Shown here: piece after piece, positions 1 to 10,592 of the stretch
How positions within the stretch are numbered: the first letter of the stretch is position 1
How the letters are laid out: every line of letters starts with the position of its first letter
Position numbers and translations under genes: made by a program
Origin: Bdellovibrionales bacterium
Lineage (GTDB): Bacteria; Bdellovibrionota; Bdellovibrionia; Bdellovibrionales; JAUICD01
DNA: 64,000 nt
Assembly (NCBI GenBank): GCA_965262715.1
Contig: OZ253553.1
Location: forward strand, 2,464,001-2,528,000
Direction: 5' to 3'
Notes under the pieces: model-generated
Told to the model about the DNA's origin: nothing
The model's input: the letters and a program-made list of their open reading frames with translations, nothing else
Databases searched by the model: none

Positions 1-452
1 TCTCTGCCATACAAGTCGGTGTAGAGATCAGATTGATTGTGATTGATATCCGCTTCTTGACAGATAATGATGATCAATCAAGACATAGTGTAGATAACCA
101 GCATATGACAGAGCTTGAGAAACAAGTCTCTTACCCTCTTATTATGTTTAACCCTCGAATAATGAACCGAAAAGATAAGACCTCATACCAAGAAGGTTGT
201 TTAAGTGTTCCTGGTATTTTTGAGACAGTAGAAAGATCTACTTATGTGGAAGTGCAAGGTTTTAATCAAGAAGGACAATTTTTTGAAGTTAAAACAGATG
301 GGATATTATCGATTTGTGTTCAGCATGAAATTGACCATCTTGATGGAAAGCTTTTTATTGACCGTTTAAGTTTTCTTAAAGCCGATGTTATTCGAAGTCA
401 AATAATGAAGCTTAAAAGAAATCAGGATCAAGATCAAGCCCAAATTTTATAG
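1..452 (+). CDS. def: Peptide deformylase (5' truncated by window edge)
   Basis: Frame open from base 3 (SAIQVG); EGCLS and HEIDH motifs; upstream of fmt. Confidence 0.95.
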   Translation, partial: SAIQVGVEIRLIVIDIRFLTDNDDQSRHSVDNQHMTELEKQVSYPLIMFNPRIMNRKDKTSYQEGCLSVPGIFETVERSTYVEVQGFNQEGQFFEVKTDGILSICVQHEIDHLDGKLFIDRLSFLKADVIRSQIMKLKRNQDQDQAQIL

Positions 453-607
453 ATTTATTCTGAATATATCTAAGCTCATCTTAAAGAGAGCATAAATTTA
501 GGTTCATAACTACTTAAGCATCTTTTTCCGGGATATGGCATACTGTACCCGGAATCAAAGTATCCGGCATCTGTAACTTGAACTTTTGCATAAAGAGAAA
601 TAAAAAT

Positions 608-812
608 ATTTTCTCTAACATGATGTAAAGAACAACCAGTATCTCCATCCTAAAAATAAACAGATTTTTGAGATAGTCAGCTTTTTACTGAAGGGGATAC
701 ATCCCGTAGCATGAGCCTTCATGCTGAATACTCAAAAACTGCTAGAGGTTCGCCTCGAGAGGTTTGCCTCAAGAGGTTTGCCTCAAGAGGTTTGCCTCAA
801 GAGGTTTGCCTC
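608..812 (-). repeat. Structured intergenic element family I (5'-truncated) with about 5 tandem 14-bp units (745-812)
   Basis: Near-identical to 21062-21258; GAGGTTTGCCTCAA tandem units. Confidence 0.85.
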
Positions 813-1048
813 TTCTCATTCTTATCATTAGCTTTTACAATTCTTATATTATTTGGCATTCAGTATAAAGTGCTTTCAAATACAAAGATTGAACGCGAAT
901 GATAATACCTGATACTGATGCCCGATTGCCAGACCCCAGAATAGAGATAGTTGTAAAATACAAATATTTATCATATCCATTAAGACTATTTTATGTCATA
1001 ATTTTTTAAGTTTAATTCAATAAATGATATAGAGGATGGTATTTAAAC

Positions 1049-1987
1049 ATGTCTAGAGTTTTATTTATTGGCACACCAGATTTTGCTCTGCCGTCTCTCA
1101 AAGTTATTTATCAACAAACACAATTACTTGCTGTAATCACTCAACCAGATCGTCCTTCTGGTCGCAAGATGAAACTCAAACCTTCTGCTACTTCATTACT
1201 AGCTGAGTCTTTAGATATCCCTGTATTTAAACAAGAATCTCCTCAAAGTATTTTAGATGACATTAAAAAGCTCAAGCCCAATTGCGCCCTTGTTGTAGCT
1301 TATGGACAAATCTTAAAACAGGAATTTTTAGACACTTTTCCAAAAGGAGTGATTAATTTACATGCTAGTCTGCTGCCAAGATGGAGAGGAGCAGCACCTA
1401 TCCAAAGAGCTTTGATGGCTGGAGATAACGTAACAGGAGTATGCTTGCAAAAGGTGGTTAAAAAAATGGATGCAGGACCTCTTTTAGGACAGAAAGACTA
1501 TAATATTCCAAACAATATGACAGCAGATAGGCTTTCCTCGACTTTAAGTCAAATGGGAGCTGATCTTGTATCTGAAGTTTTTTTTAAATACTTAGAAGGA
1601 GAAGATGCCATAGAACTTAAAAAGCAAGATGAGTCTCTTGTAACTTATGCGCCTAAAGTCACAAAAGAAGAAGGACAAATTGATTTTGATAACCCTAAAG
1701 AGCATATTTTCAACCAATATAGAGGACTGTTTACATGGCCTGGAGTTTGGGTAAAACGATCTGGTCGAATATTAAAAATCAAAAAAATGAGAACTTCCTC
1801 TCAGAAGCCAACAGAAAAAACCTCAGGATCAATTATAAATATATCTCAAGAAGCTATCACCATCTCTTGTGAATATGGCAGAGGTGCTATTGATATTTTA
1901 GAGCTACAACCAGAGTCAAAATGTCAAATGACAGCTGCTCAGTATATTAATGGCTATCCTGTTCAAAAAGGAGAGGTATGGCAATAA
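1049..1987 (+). CDS. fmt: Methionyl-tRNA formyltransferase
   Basis: GTPDFA, TQPDRPSGR, NLHASLLPRWRGAAPIQRA motifs. Confidence 0.97.
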   Translation: MSRVLFIGTPDFALPSLKVIYQQTQLLAVITQPDRPSGRKMKLKPSATSLLAESLDIPVFKQESPQSILDDIKKLKPNCALVVAYGQILKQEFLDTFPKGVINLHASLLPRWRGAAPIQRALMAGDNVTGVCLQKVVKKMDAGPLLGQKDYNIPNNMTADRLSSTLSQMGADLVSEVFFKYLEGEDAIELKKQDESLVTYAPKVTKEEGQIDFDNPKEHIFNQYRGLFTWPGVWVKRSGRILKIKKMRTSSQKPTEKTSGSIINISQEAITISCEYGRGAIDILELQPESKCQMTAAQYINGYPVQKGEVWQ

Positions 1988-2634
1988 ATAAAAAACCGCC
2001 TATTATATCACCTAGTTTGCTATCTGCAGATCTCGCTAATTTATCTTCTGAAATTAAAGCTGTAGAGAAGGCAGGCGCAGATTGGTTGCATATTGATGTC
2101 ATGGATGGGCACTTTGTTCCTAACTTGACAATGGGCCCCGCTATTGTTGCTTCTATTAAGAAGGTTACTAGTTTACCTTTAGATATCCATCTGATGATTG
2201 AAAACCCTCAAAATTATATCTCATCCTTTGCGCAAGCTGGTGCTGATATTTTAACAGTTCATATAGAAACATTAACAGACACAAAAGCAGTTTTAGACCA
2301 AATACATCATTTAGAAGTCAAAGCAGGATTAAGTTTGCGACCTTTAACTCCTGTAGAACATATTATACCTTTTTTAAAAGATATCGATTTGGCTTTAGTC
2401 ATGACAGTTAATCCAGGTTTTTCTGGCCAAAAATTTATACCAGAATCCATCGAAAAAATTAAGATGATCCGTAAAACAATACCAGAATTATTGATTTCTG
2501 TTGATGGAGGTATCAATGCTCATACCAAAAAAGAGTGTATTGATGCTGGGGCAAATGTACTAGTGGCAGGTAATTATATTTTCAAAAATAACTATAAAGA
2601 GAGTATTGCAGCTTTAAAAAGCAATGATCTTTAA
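1978..2634 (+). CDS. rpe: Ribulose-phosphate 3-epimerase
   Basis: HIDVMDGHFVPNLT, MTVNPGFSGQ, VDGGIN motifs. Confidence 0.97.
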   Translation: MAINKKPPIISPSLLSADLANLSSEIKAVEKAGADWLHIDVMDGHFVPNLTMGPAIVASIKKVTSLPLDIHLMIENPQNYISSFAQAGADILTVHIETLTDTKAVLDQIHHLEVKAGLSLRPLTPVEHIIPFLKDIDLALVMTVNPGFSGQKFIPESIEKIKMIRKTIPELLISVDGGINAHTKKECIDAGANVLVAGNYIFKNNYKESIAALKSNDL

Positions 2635-2636
2635 AA

Positions 2637-3063
2637 GCTTTGTTGCGCAAACATCACTTTAGTTTATATGTGCTTTGTTGCGCAAACATCACTTTAGTTT
2701 ATATGTGCTTTGTTGCATAAAAATTTCATAGAGCCTCTAGTAGGCTTTTTCACTAGCAGCAGGCAACCCCCGTGCCATGTATTTCTGTTATTTTAAGATT
2801 TTATTATAGTATCAATACTTTATATATACTTTATCTCTTGAGGCACTGGCCGCTAGTGGTGTAGGAAGAAAAAAGAAATAAAAATATTTTCCCTAACATT
2901 ATGTTAAGAACAAGAAGTATCTCCCTCCTAAAAATAAACGGATTTTCGAGGCAATGAATATTTTACGAGGGCGTTAGCCGTCGTGTTCGTTGCCCAAAAA
3001 CAACTAGAGGTTGGTTTATTTTTAGGGAAATGAAATAAATGCAAATATTTATGCAACATATCC
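2637..3063. mobile_element. Composite MITE-like element with GCTTTGTTGCAYAAA-type ends, carrying family II (2731-2868) and family I (2888-3027) modules; left end in 35-bp tandem copies
   Basis: Left GCTTTGTTGC at 2637/2672/2707; right TTTATGCAACATATCC; internal homology to other copies. Confidence 0.65.
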
Positions 3064-3095
3064 ACTCCCAGTTATAAACCAAAAAAAATTCATAT

Positions 3096-4346
3096 TTATT
3101 GTTTATACTGATGAAATTTAGCTTTAAGAAGGACTGCTTCCTGAGAGATGGCCAGTTTCATAAGCCAAGAGATAGTTCCATAAATATTTTCTAGTGGCAA
3201 ACCATATCTATTTGTTTTCAAGTCTGTCATACAAAGTCGCTTGAAAATAGCACCTGGAGAGTTAAGATTTTCTTTATCAGACTTCAAGCTGTGAGTTCTT
3301 AAAAAACCCCCCATAAGCTTATCTCCAATCATGTAAATCACAGGCTCTGCAACTAACCCCTCTTCTCTAATATGAGAGGGAATACCTTCTTGTATGATGA
3401 GTTGAATAATTTCAACTCCACCTTTTCCTTTCCGCATTTTTTGTCGGATTTTATTATTCCATGAAAGCACATCTTCTCCAGATGTAACTTGAGTGACTCC
3501 CATGCCATAAGTTCCAGAGTTATTTTTGATAAAAGCGAAAGCCTTAGATTTAATGCGCCTATCATCATAATCTTTTTGAATATTATCAATTAAGTCTTGT
3601 ACCTCACTTGCTAGGTTTTCTAAACTTTGTTTATCTTTCCAATAAAAAGACTCTATAAGTTTTGTATCTATTTTAAATAGCCATGGATCAATATCCATAA
3701 GAGAACAAAATTCTGCAGAAAGCTTATTATAAATAGAAAAATGATTGTGTTTTTTTCTATTATACCAACCCATCTCTTGAGGAGGATTGATAGGATAATC
3801 TTTATTTTGCAAAAGAGGGTATATTTTTGTAAAGTCATTATTACTAATGATCAAATCTGGTATCATATCATCGGCCATTAAATGACCTTCTTCATTACAG
3901 GATATTTTAGAAAGAATAACTTCTTTACCACTAGCAGATAATATTTTAGAAATTGTGGCATCTTCCACAGGAAACCCCACTTTACATTTAAACCCGGCCT
4001 CTTCTATCATTGTCATAATAGTCCACACATTGTCCCAGTAAAATAAATTAGCTGTATTTTCTTCTGTAATTAATAAAATTTTGTGAAAAGAAGAACCATA
4101 ATGTTTTAAAATATAATCTTTTAAAAGATCTGGAGCATGCTCCTTATCCATATCACAAATATTGTTAAACCCAGCAGGGTAAAGGTTTGCATCTACAGGT
4201 GTCACTTTAAATCCTGCATCCCGAATATCCACACTGGTATAAACAGGAAAAAGACAAGACTTACTTTTTTGTTTAAAGAAGTCCATTGCTGTATCATGCT
4301 TTTCTATCAGTCTTAAATGCAGCTCTTTTCTATCCAATATAAACAC
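3096..4346 (-). CDS. gshA: Glutamate--cysteine ligase (GshA, PF08886-type)
   Basis: PVYTSVDIRDAGFKVTPVDANLYPAGFNN, KNNSGTYGMGV, IIQEG, ENLNSPG motifs. Confidence 0.85.
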   Translation of the reverse strand: MFILDRKELHLRLIEKHDTAMDFFKQKSKSCLFPVYTSVDIRDAGFKVTPVDANLYPAGFNNICDMDKEHAPDLLKDYILKHYGSSFHKILLITEENTANLFYWDNVWTIMTMIEEAGFKCKVGFPVEDATISKILSASGKEVILSKISCNEEGHLMADDMIPDLIISNNDFTKIYPLLQNKDYPINPPQEMGWYNRKKHNHFSIYNKLSAEFCSLMDIDPWLFKIDTKLIESFYWKDKQSLENLASEVQDLIDNIQKDYDDRRIKSKAFAFIKNNSGTYGMGVTQVTSGEDVLSWNNKIRQKMRKGKGGVEIIQLIIQEGIPSHIREEGLVAEPVIYMIGDKLMGGFLRTHSLKSDKENLNSPGAIFKRLCMTDLKTNRYGLPLENIYGTISWLMKLAISQEAVLLKAKFHQYKQ

Positions 4347-4423
4347 TCCCTTATATGTAATAAATATATTTATATGCCCCTAAAGTTTTAATAGTAAAAA
4401 AACAAAAAGCTACTATCTCACAT

Positions 4424-5762
4424 GGTGGATTCAAGTTGCAAGTGCAACTCCTTGCATAGTTATTTAAAGTGGGTTAGAGGAATACTCTAATCAATAACTT
4501 TACATAACGAAAGGAGTATTCCATGAGTAAGTACACTCATCTAACCCAAAGTGATAGATACCAGATTTTAGCTTTTTTGCAAAGTGGAAAATCAATAAGT
4601 TCAATTGCTACGCAACTAGGTCGAGATAAAAGCACCATATATAGGGAATTGAATCGTAACAAAGGCTTGCGAGGTTATCGTCCTCAACAAGCCCATGAAA
4701 AAGCAGTCGATCGTCTTCAAAACTCTCATAGACATATAAAGATAACACAAAAAGTCATTAATAAGCTTGAGAGGTTTCTTTGTGATCGTTTGAGTCCGGA
4801 ACAGATATCCGGTTTTCTTAAACGAAAAGGTTTGTCTATAAGTCATGAGAGTATTTATCAGCATATTCTTGGAGATAAGCAATCAGGAGGAGATCTCTAC
4901 AAATTTTTAAGATGTCAGAAGCAACGCAAGAAGCGATATGGTACAAGTAGATTTGATAAAAGGGGTCAGATAAAGAATAGAGTGAGCATTGATAAAAGGC
5001 CTAAGATAGTAGATAAGAAGAGTCGGATAGGAGACTGGGAAGGTGATCTAATGATAGGTAGACATCATAAAGGAGCTTTAGTCACGCTGGTAGATAGATG
5101 TTCTAAGAAGACGAGGATTGTCAAAATAGAATCTAAGAGTTCTGAGGCAGTTTTTCATGCTATTTCTAAAGCTCTTAAAGGAGAGGTTGTTCATACAATG
5201 ACTTTGGATAATGGTAAAGAGTTTTCGTGTCATGAGAAGATCAGTGAATATACTGGATGTAAAGTTTATTTTGCACATCCTTACAGTTCCTATGAGAGAG
5301 GTTTAAATGAGAACACGAATGGTTTAATCCGTCAGTATTTTCCAAAGAAGACAGATTTTAAAGAAGTCACCTCTAAGGATGTAAAAAAGGTTGAGTCTCT
5401 TTTAAACCATCGCCCTCGAAAGAGTTTAGGTTTTCTAACCCCTAATGAGTTTCATAGACAAAAGATGGTTTGCTGAAGTTATTCATAGTTTATCCATTTA
5501 ATTTTACTTATATATAATAACTTCTGAAAATGCTTATTTGACAGCTTGATGTTTATGGCAGAGGATCGTTCTTCCGCAGAGCTTTAGCTTGAGGACTACT
5601 TTGGCTTTGCCATAAACATCAAAATACATTCATTCAAATTAAATAATTTACTATAATCTTTCATGATAATTAAAACTTTGTTGAAATATTAATCTTAAAA
5701 TGATACAACTTTTAAAAATATCTATAAACACAAAAGAGTTGCACTTGTGATTTGAAGTTACG
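4424..5762 (+). mobile_element. IS30-family insertion sequence, 1339 bp
   Basis: 27-bp imperfect TIRs ending CAAGTGCAACTC; CAT 3-bp target duplication on both flanks. Confidence 0.9.
4523..5476 (+). CDS. IS30-family transposase
   Basis: N-terminal HTH; GDWEGD, DNGKEF, ERGLNENTNGLIRQYFPK motifs. Confidence 0.97.
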   Translation: MSKYTHLTQSDRYQILAFLQSGKSISSIATQLGRDKSTIYRELNRNKGLRGYRPQQAHEKAVDRLQNSHRHIKITQKVINKLERFLCDRLSPEQISGFLKRKGLSISHESIYQHILGDKQSGGDLYKFLRCQKQRKKRYGTSRFDKRGQIKNRVSIDKRPKIVDKKSRIGDWEGDLMIGRHHKGALVTLVDRCSKKTRIVKIESKSSEAVFHAISKALKGEVVHTMTLDNGKEFSCHEKISEYTGCKVYFAHPYSSYERGLNENTNGLIRQYFPKKTDFKEVTSKDVKKVESLLNHRPRKSLGFLTPNEFHRQKMVC

Positions 5763-5917
5763 CATTCATTTAAACAACTCAAGTTAAGAAATAATGTTTG
5801 AGAAAAGCAAAAGCTCCTTTGATTTAAAAGGAGCTCATTATCTTTTAACTGATAACTACACACATTATTATAAAGATAAGTTCAGAAAAAGCCTTTTCAC
5901 TCTATTAGATAAACTCT

Positions 5918-6832
5918 CTACTTACTTAAATTGAGACATGTACCAGGATCAATTCTTATACTGTAATGAACCACTTCCTCTTCAGATAAAGGACTAACTC
6001 TTACAGTAATGAATTCAGTGTCTAATTTTAGATATTGCATCTCTTCAAGATCTCCTTGAATTGAAGGAGTTCTGAAATGATTATCTATACGTACCCAACC
6101 ATTTCCAGCATTATTATGTTCGAGGATAATATCTCCTATCTCAGTAGAAGCAGTAAGTCGTAAGAACTTACATCTCATTTTCCACCAATCCCAAGGATCT
6201 TCTGCACCACCAACAACAGCTCTTTCTTCAGTGTCTTCTAATAAAAGTGAAGCATTTATAGGGCTGCGATCTCCATCCTTATCTTCAAAAGTGCCAAATG
6301 AAGCAAAAGAAGAAGTAGGCAGAAAAGAAGACACCACGCGTATTGTTCTTGTTACTTCAACATCTGAAGGAACATTCTCCGGCTCTAGCCCAAAAAGTGA
6401 GTCCACATCAGGCAACTCAGTGGTAACATCTGGTGGCATTGGATTTACCATTAAAAATTGTTGTATAGTAATCATATATTCCCCTGCGCTACGAACAATA
6501 AAAATACCTTGTGGTGCCCTACGTGAACCTCTACCCATAATTGCTATTTTTTGATCATACAAGTCCCTGAATTGAATAGCCATTTCTAAAGCTTCGCCCT
6601 CCCTTAAACCATCAACATCCAAAGCAATAACTAATACTCCTTGTTCTTCTGCTTGAAAATGAAAAACCAAGTTTTCTCCATTATACTCATATTCTTCTTC
6701 AGAACCTAAAGGAAAAGGTGGAACTTCAGTTTGTTGTGCTTGTTCTTCCTGTTCTACTTGTGGCGGTTGTGCAAATAAAGATGTGCTAAAAGAAAAAGCT
6801 ACAAATAAAAATAAATAATTGACATATTTCAT
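5918..6832 (-). CDS. Hypothetical secreted protein
   Basis: 304-aa ORF with Sec-type signal peptide; acidic; no family recognised. Confidence 0.7.
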   Translation of the reverse strand: MKYVNYLFLFVAFSFSTSLFAQPPQVEQEEQAQQTEVPPFPLGSEEEYEYNGENLVFHFQAEEQGVLVIALDVDGLREGEALEMAIQFRDLYDQKIAIMGRGSRRAPQGIFIVRSAGEYMITIQQFLMVNPMPPDVTTELPDVDSLFGLEPENVPSDVEVTRTIRVVSSFLPTSSFASFGTFEDKDGDRSPINASLLLEDTEERAVVGGAEDPWDWWKMRCKFLRLTASTEIGDIILEHNNAGNGWVRIDNHFRTPSIQGDLEEMQYLKLDTEFITVRVSPLSEEEVVHYSIRIDPGTCLNLSK

Positions 6833-7042
6833 AATTCAAAACTCCTTATATCATTAAAATTTAACCGTTCAGCAAATGTTCAAAAAATAACTTTAAGGTC
6901 TACCAAATAACATATATTTTTCAATAAATCTATACCCTTTGTAAAACTTTTATAGTATTTTGTAAAATTTCCATATTTTATTATCTTTTTTGTAAAAAAT
7001 ACACATTGATATGGCTTCGTTGCATAAACATGTATAGAAGAA

Positions 7043-7190
7043 TTATGGCAGGCTTCTGGAATAGGCTCAGGCCAGTGCCTTAGGGAAAAGTCCTCATCAT
7101 TAAAATATTTTACTCTATAATAAAGTCATAAAGTGGCAACAATACAAGGCACGGGGGCTGCCTGCTGCCTATGGAAGAAGTCTGCCATAA
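7043..7190 (+). repeat. Structured element family II
   Basis: Outer stem TTATGGCAGGCTT/AAGTCTGCCATAA; core CAGGCCA...CGGGGGCTGCCTGCT shared with 12221-12380 and 2731-2868. Confidence 0.8.
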
Positions 7191-7251
7191 CTCTAGATCA
7201 TTAAATTAAGGTAAGTTCAAATAATAGACCTATCATTTTGTAAGACCACTT

Positions 7252-8352
7252 CTAGTAATAAATATCCTCTCTATGAGTTACTCTCTGGTTTTTCTGCCTT
7301 TGAGATGAAGACTTGTTAAGACCATATGAAACTATTAGACCTACCGTAATACTAGAGAAGATGATAATAAACCATTTGTGTTTTTTAAAAAAACTAGGTG
7401 ATGAAGGTTGTTTTTTTAAATTTTCTCTCGCCATATCACTGACTGGCTGTTGCATCATATCTACAGATGATACACCCTGCAGGCTCTCATTACCAAAATG
7501 AGTGCCTTCAAACTTAAGTTGCCTTTCAAATGAATTTTTGTTTTGAAATAAGTCTTGAGGTTTATACTTATCAGATAGAATTTGCTTCTGAGCATTTTCT
7601 AATTTATCAGAAATAAGATCTGATTCTACATCCTGCGATAAAGAATTAGAAAAAACTTTTTCTACTTTCAATTGAGGGTCTAATATCTCAAATGAATAGT
7701 TCATTAAATCCCTGCCATTTAAAATTAAAACAAAATGAGATCCTTCATTTGAGATAAAATCACCTTTTTTATTCTTGTCATATAAGGACCTCACAAGAGT
7801 TACACGGTATTTTAAATCAGGATCAATTCTTCTTGAAAAACCTAATCTATTAAAAACCTCCCCATTAATTATAATACTTTTTACGTCTTGTGGTATGTTT
7901 TGCCCATACCATAAATGACCACTCCTCTGATATTGCTGATATCTATCTTCTACCCATCCTATAAATGATGGAGGAAAAATATCTCTATCAATAAAAATTT
8001 TCTCATTAAAGGCTAAAAATTTATCAATCCACTGATGTCTGTAAAGCTCATCCATTTGAGCTAGTCTCAAGTAAGATGTAGAAAAAATCTTTCTTTCCAC
8101 ATCGTTCCAATCTTTTAATAACTTTAATTGCACAATTTCTTCTAAAGAAGACCTGGCTTTTTTAAACTCAAAATTAAGGTATTGTTTTTGAAATTGCACA
8201 AACAAAGACATCAACCTTTGAGAATGTATCTCACTCTCTCTTAAACCTTGTTCCACGTTTTGAATTTTTAAATTATCATAACTCTCAACAGACCAAACTC
8301 TGTATGGAGAAATTATCATAACTAAAACCAATAAAAAAATCATTCTTTTCAC
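7252..8352 (-). CDS. Hypothetical exported protein with C-terminal membrane anchor, end of Flp/Tad-like cluster
   Basis: Signal peptide, C-terminal hydrophobic helix, co-oriented with pilin genes. Confidence 0.7.
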   Translation of the reverse strand: MKRMIFLLVLVMIISPYRVWSVESYDNLKIQNVEQGLRESEIHSQRLMSLFVQFQKQYLNFEFKKARSSLEEIVQLKLLKDWNDVERKIFSTSYLRLAQMDELYRHQWIDKFLAFNEKIFIDRDIFPPSFIGWVEDRYQQYQRSGHLWYGQNIPQDVKSIIINGEVFNRLGFSRRIDPDLKYRVTLVRSLYDKNKKGDFISNEGSHFVLILNGRDLMNYSFEILDPQLKVEKVFSNSLSQDVESDLISDKLENAQKQILSDKYKPQDLFQNKNSFERQLKFEGTHFGNESLQGVSSVDMMQQPVSDMARENLKKQPSSPSFFKKHKWFIIIFSSITVGLIVSYGLNKSSSQRQKNQRVTHREDIYY

Positions 8353-8378
8353 TCCTACATAAACAAATCCTAACTAAA

Positions 8379-8939
8379 CTATTCAGAGAGTAATTTTTTC
8401 TCTATGGGTTCCTCTTCTAAATAATCAATAAGACTTCTTTTTTCTTTAACTTCTTTCTTTACAGATACCTGCTCTGTAATAGTAGGGTTTTGTATAGTGA
8501 CAAAAAAATCTCCATTATAAGTAATGAGAGCTTCTGCCTGAGACTCTGGAGACAAAACAGCAAATCTTTCTGGATTTAAAGGAGAACGAATAAGCTTGAT
8601 CCTCTCTGCCACTGTTTTAACCTGTTTTTTGAACTGAGACAAATTGCTTTGCAAATGAAAGTTATTAGAATTATTAACCGCATATAAGTTCACAATAGCA
8701 TATTGACTAACCAGCGCATTTAAAGATTCAAAATTGGAAACCATAATAGGAACTAAAACATAACCGTCTGGAATAAAAGTATCAGGAGATTCCTGTATCC
8801 TACTTTTTATATCTTTATCATTATCATTTTTATCATAACTTAGAAAAAAAGTAAAAGCCGTCATAAAAATAGCTAAAACTAAAAAATAACCTACTTTATG
8901 AGATATTAATAACTTAAACTGTTCTCTAAATTGCTTCAT
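8379..8939 (-). CDS. Flp pilus assembly protein, CpaB/RcpC-like (tentative)
   Basis: N-terminal TM, IPDGYVLVPI motif, context. Confidence 0.5.
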   Translation of the reverse strand: MKQFREQFKLLISHKVGYFLVLAIFMTAFTFFLSYDKNDNDKDIKSRIQESPDTFIPDGYVLVPIMVSNFESLNALVSQYAIVNLYAVNNSNNFHLQSNLSQFKKQVKTVAERIKLIRSPLNPERFAVLSPESQAEALITYNGDFFVTIQNPTITEQVSVKKEVKEKRSLIDYLEEEPIEKKLLSE

Positions 8940-8948
8940 CTTTTTGTA

Positions 8949-9095
8949 TCACCTTGTATGATTCCATCTCCATTGAGAAATAACCTTCGATCCACTATTG
9001 TAAACGTCTACTGTTATAAAAAATAAGGCGCATAAAATAAATAGCGCTATCAATAATTCTAAAAGAGTTTGTCCTAAAGAAGAATGGGTTGCCAT
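8949..9095 (-). CDS. Small pseudopilin-like protein
   Basis: GQTLLELLIAL prepilin-like motif; start re-assigned to ATG 9095. Confidence 0.55.
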   Translation of the reverse strand: MATHSSLGQTLLELLIALFILCALFFITVDVYNSGSKVISQWRWNHTR

Positions 9096-9835
9096 CTTAG
9101 ACCTCCTTGACCTGCATTTATAAATCCTCTTAAATCTAATGAAGATAAAGCTGTTGTTGACCTTCTTAAAGTAGATTGACATTTTCCACTAACAGAAGGC
9201 ATCTTTCCAGTAAAAGACCTTAGAAATGAAGGAACAATTTGAGCAGGCTTTTCAACCCAACTGACATTGATTGATTGCTTTTGAGTAAAATTCCAAACTG
9301 TCTTGTAAGAAGGACTAAGAGACATAGAAGGCACTGCTACAACAGCTAACTTTGCAGCTATAGGTACTTTTGATGAAGAAATAAGTGTTGTTTTAGATCC
9401 ATAAACTTTTGTTTTTAATAATCTAAGATGCCTCATGGCATAAACCTCTACCTTCTTAATAATAAGTTTTTGCTGAGCAAAAAGCTTAATTTGCTGTGCT
9501 GTAACACGAGCTAATTTAGCTAATATCAAAGGCTTACTGGCAAGATCGGTAATTGATAAAAGATATTCTAAGTTTCTCCTTTGAATGCGTAAGCTTTTAG
9601 CTAAAGGATTGAGATTTTCTAACTTTTCTAGAGCTATCGACATTTGACCTTGTATCTCAAGTAGATACTGGCGACAAATCGACAATGCTTTCGTCTTTTC
9701 CTTTAAATAAAAACTCGACGTAGATAAAATAGCTAAACTCGACAGTAAAATAGGTAAAAAAATTAAAAACCCAATGAGAGTATTTCCAATGCTATCTCTT
9801 TTTAAATATAATAAGCTTCGCCTAGTACTTTGCAT
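9074..9835 (-). CDS. Tad-type pseudopilin-like protein
   Basis: G-N-T-L followed by a hydrophobic helix; overlapping operon structure. Confidence 0.55.
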   Translation of the reverse strand: MQSTRRSLLYLKRDSIGNTLIGFLIFLPILLSSLAILSTSSFYLKEKTKALSICRQYLLEIQGQMSIALEKLENLNPLAKSLRIQRRNLEYLLSITDLASKPLILAKLARVTAQQIKLFAQQKLIIKKVEVYAMRHLRLLKTKVYGSKTTLISSSKVPIAAKLAVVAVPSMSLSPSYKTVWNFTQKQSINVSWVEKPAQIVPSFLRSFTGKMPSVSGKCQSTLRRSTTALSSLDLRGFINAGQGGLRWQPILL

Positions 9836-10262
9836 AAAAAGACTGCCTTGCTATAATTTGAGTATAAAAAGGAAAATCAACTTGAATAATGGACTCCTTA
9901 TAATTTAAACCTGATTGAAAATTGATCTTAATATTTTTTAAATATGGAAAAGCATGAGCAATAAACTTTTTTGCTTGCATTAAACACTTATAACTTTGTT
10001 TGCTCTCATAATATGAACACACAGCACTTTCATAAGAAGTATGATGTAACCAAAGCTTAGTGTGATACAAAAGTGAAAAGTAGAAGATGCCAAACACAAA
10101 AATAAAGAAAACACTAAAAGAAATAAGACTTTCTAAAAGAGCTTGCCCTTTTTGTCCCTTTATCAAATAAAGAGATCGATAAATATTCCAGCTCTTTCTT
10201 AATTGACTGACTTTAATATCTAAATTTAGATATCTTTTATGTTTCTGATCTATTTCCATCAT
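9822..10262 (-). CDS. TadE-like pseudopilin
   Basis: KGQALLESLISFSV motif. Confidence 0.7.
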   Translation of the reverse strand: MMEIDQKHKRYLNLDIKVSQLRKSWNIYRSLYLIKGQKGQALLESLISFSVFFIFVFGIFYFSLLYHTKLWLHHTSYESAVCSYYESKQSYKCLMQAKKFIAHAFPYLKNIKINFQSGLNYKESIIQVDFPFYTQIIARQSFYAKY

Positions 10263-10289
10263 TAATCACTCTTAATTTACAGGCATCCA

Positions 10290-10592
10290 CTACTTATCAT
10301 TATTAGCAGCACCATCAAAAAAATCTCCAAGATCTTTTTGTTTATAATAACTCTTATTGACACTTCTTAACCGTGGTTTTGTGCTCTCCCCTTTAAGCGC
10401 ATGAGTCACTCTTGCAAATTGACCTTGCAGGTTTTGGCCTAAGACTTTGACAATCCCAATAGACGCTATCGCCATCAATGCTACTAAAATCAAATATTCT
10501 ATAAGACTTTGACCCTTTTGAGATTTTACAGATTGATTTTTTAATTTACCCCTAATGAGTTTATCCTTATTTGATGTATCTTTATTGAGCAT
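10290..10592 (-). CDS. flp: Flp family type IVb pilin
   Basis: KGQSLIEYLILVALMAIASI motif; RBS GGAGG upstream. Confidence 0.85.
   Translation of the reverse strand: MLNKDTSNKDKLIRGKLKNQSVKSQKGQSLIEYLILVALMAIASIGIVKVLGQNLQGQFARVTHALKGESTKPRLRSVNKSYYKQKDLGDFFDGAANNDK

Noticed and set aside
711..902. Short ORFs 711-902, 17366-17590, 27900-28118, 45332-45523, 56573-56848
   Set aside because: They are translations of non-coding repeat modules (e.g. the 14-bp units)
2888..2911. TTATGTTAA in the family I terminal hairpin as a dif/XerD or integron attC site
   Set aside because: No XerC arm at the right spacing, motif not kept in all copies, no integron integrase or cassette arrangement
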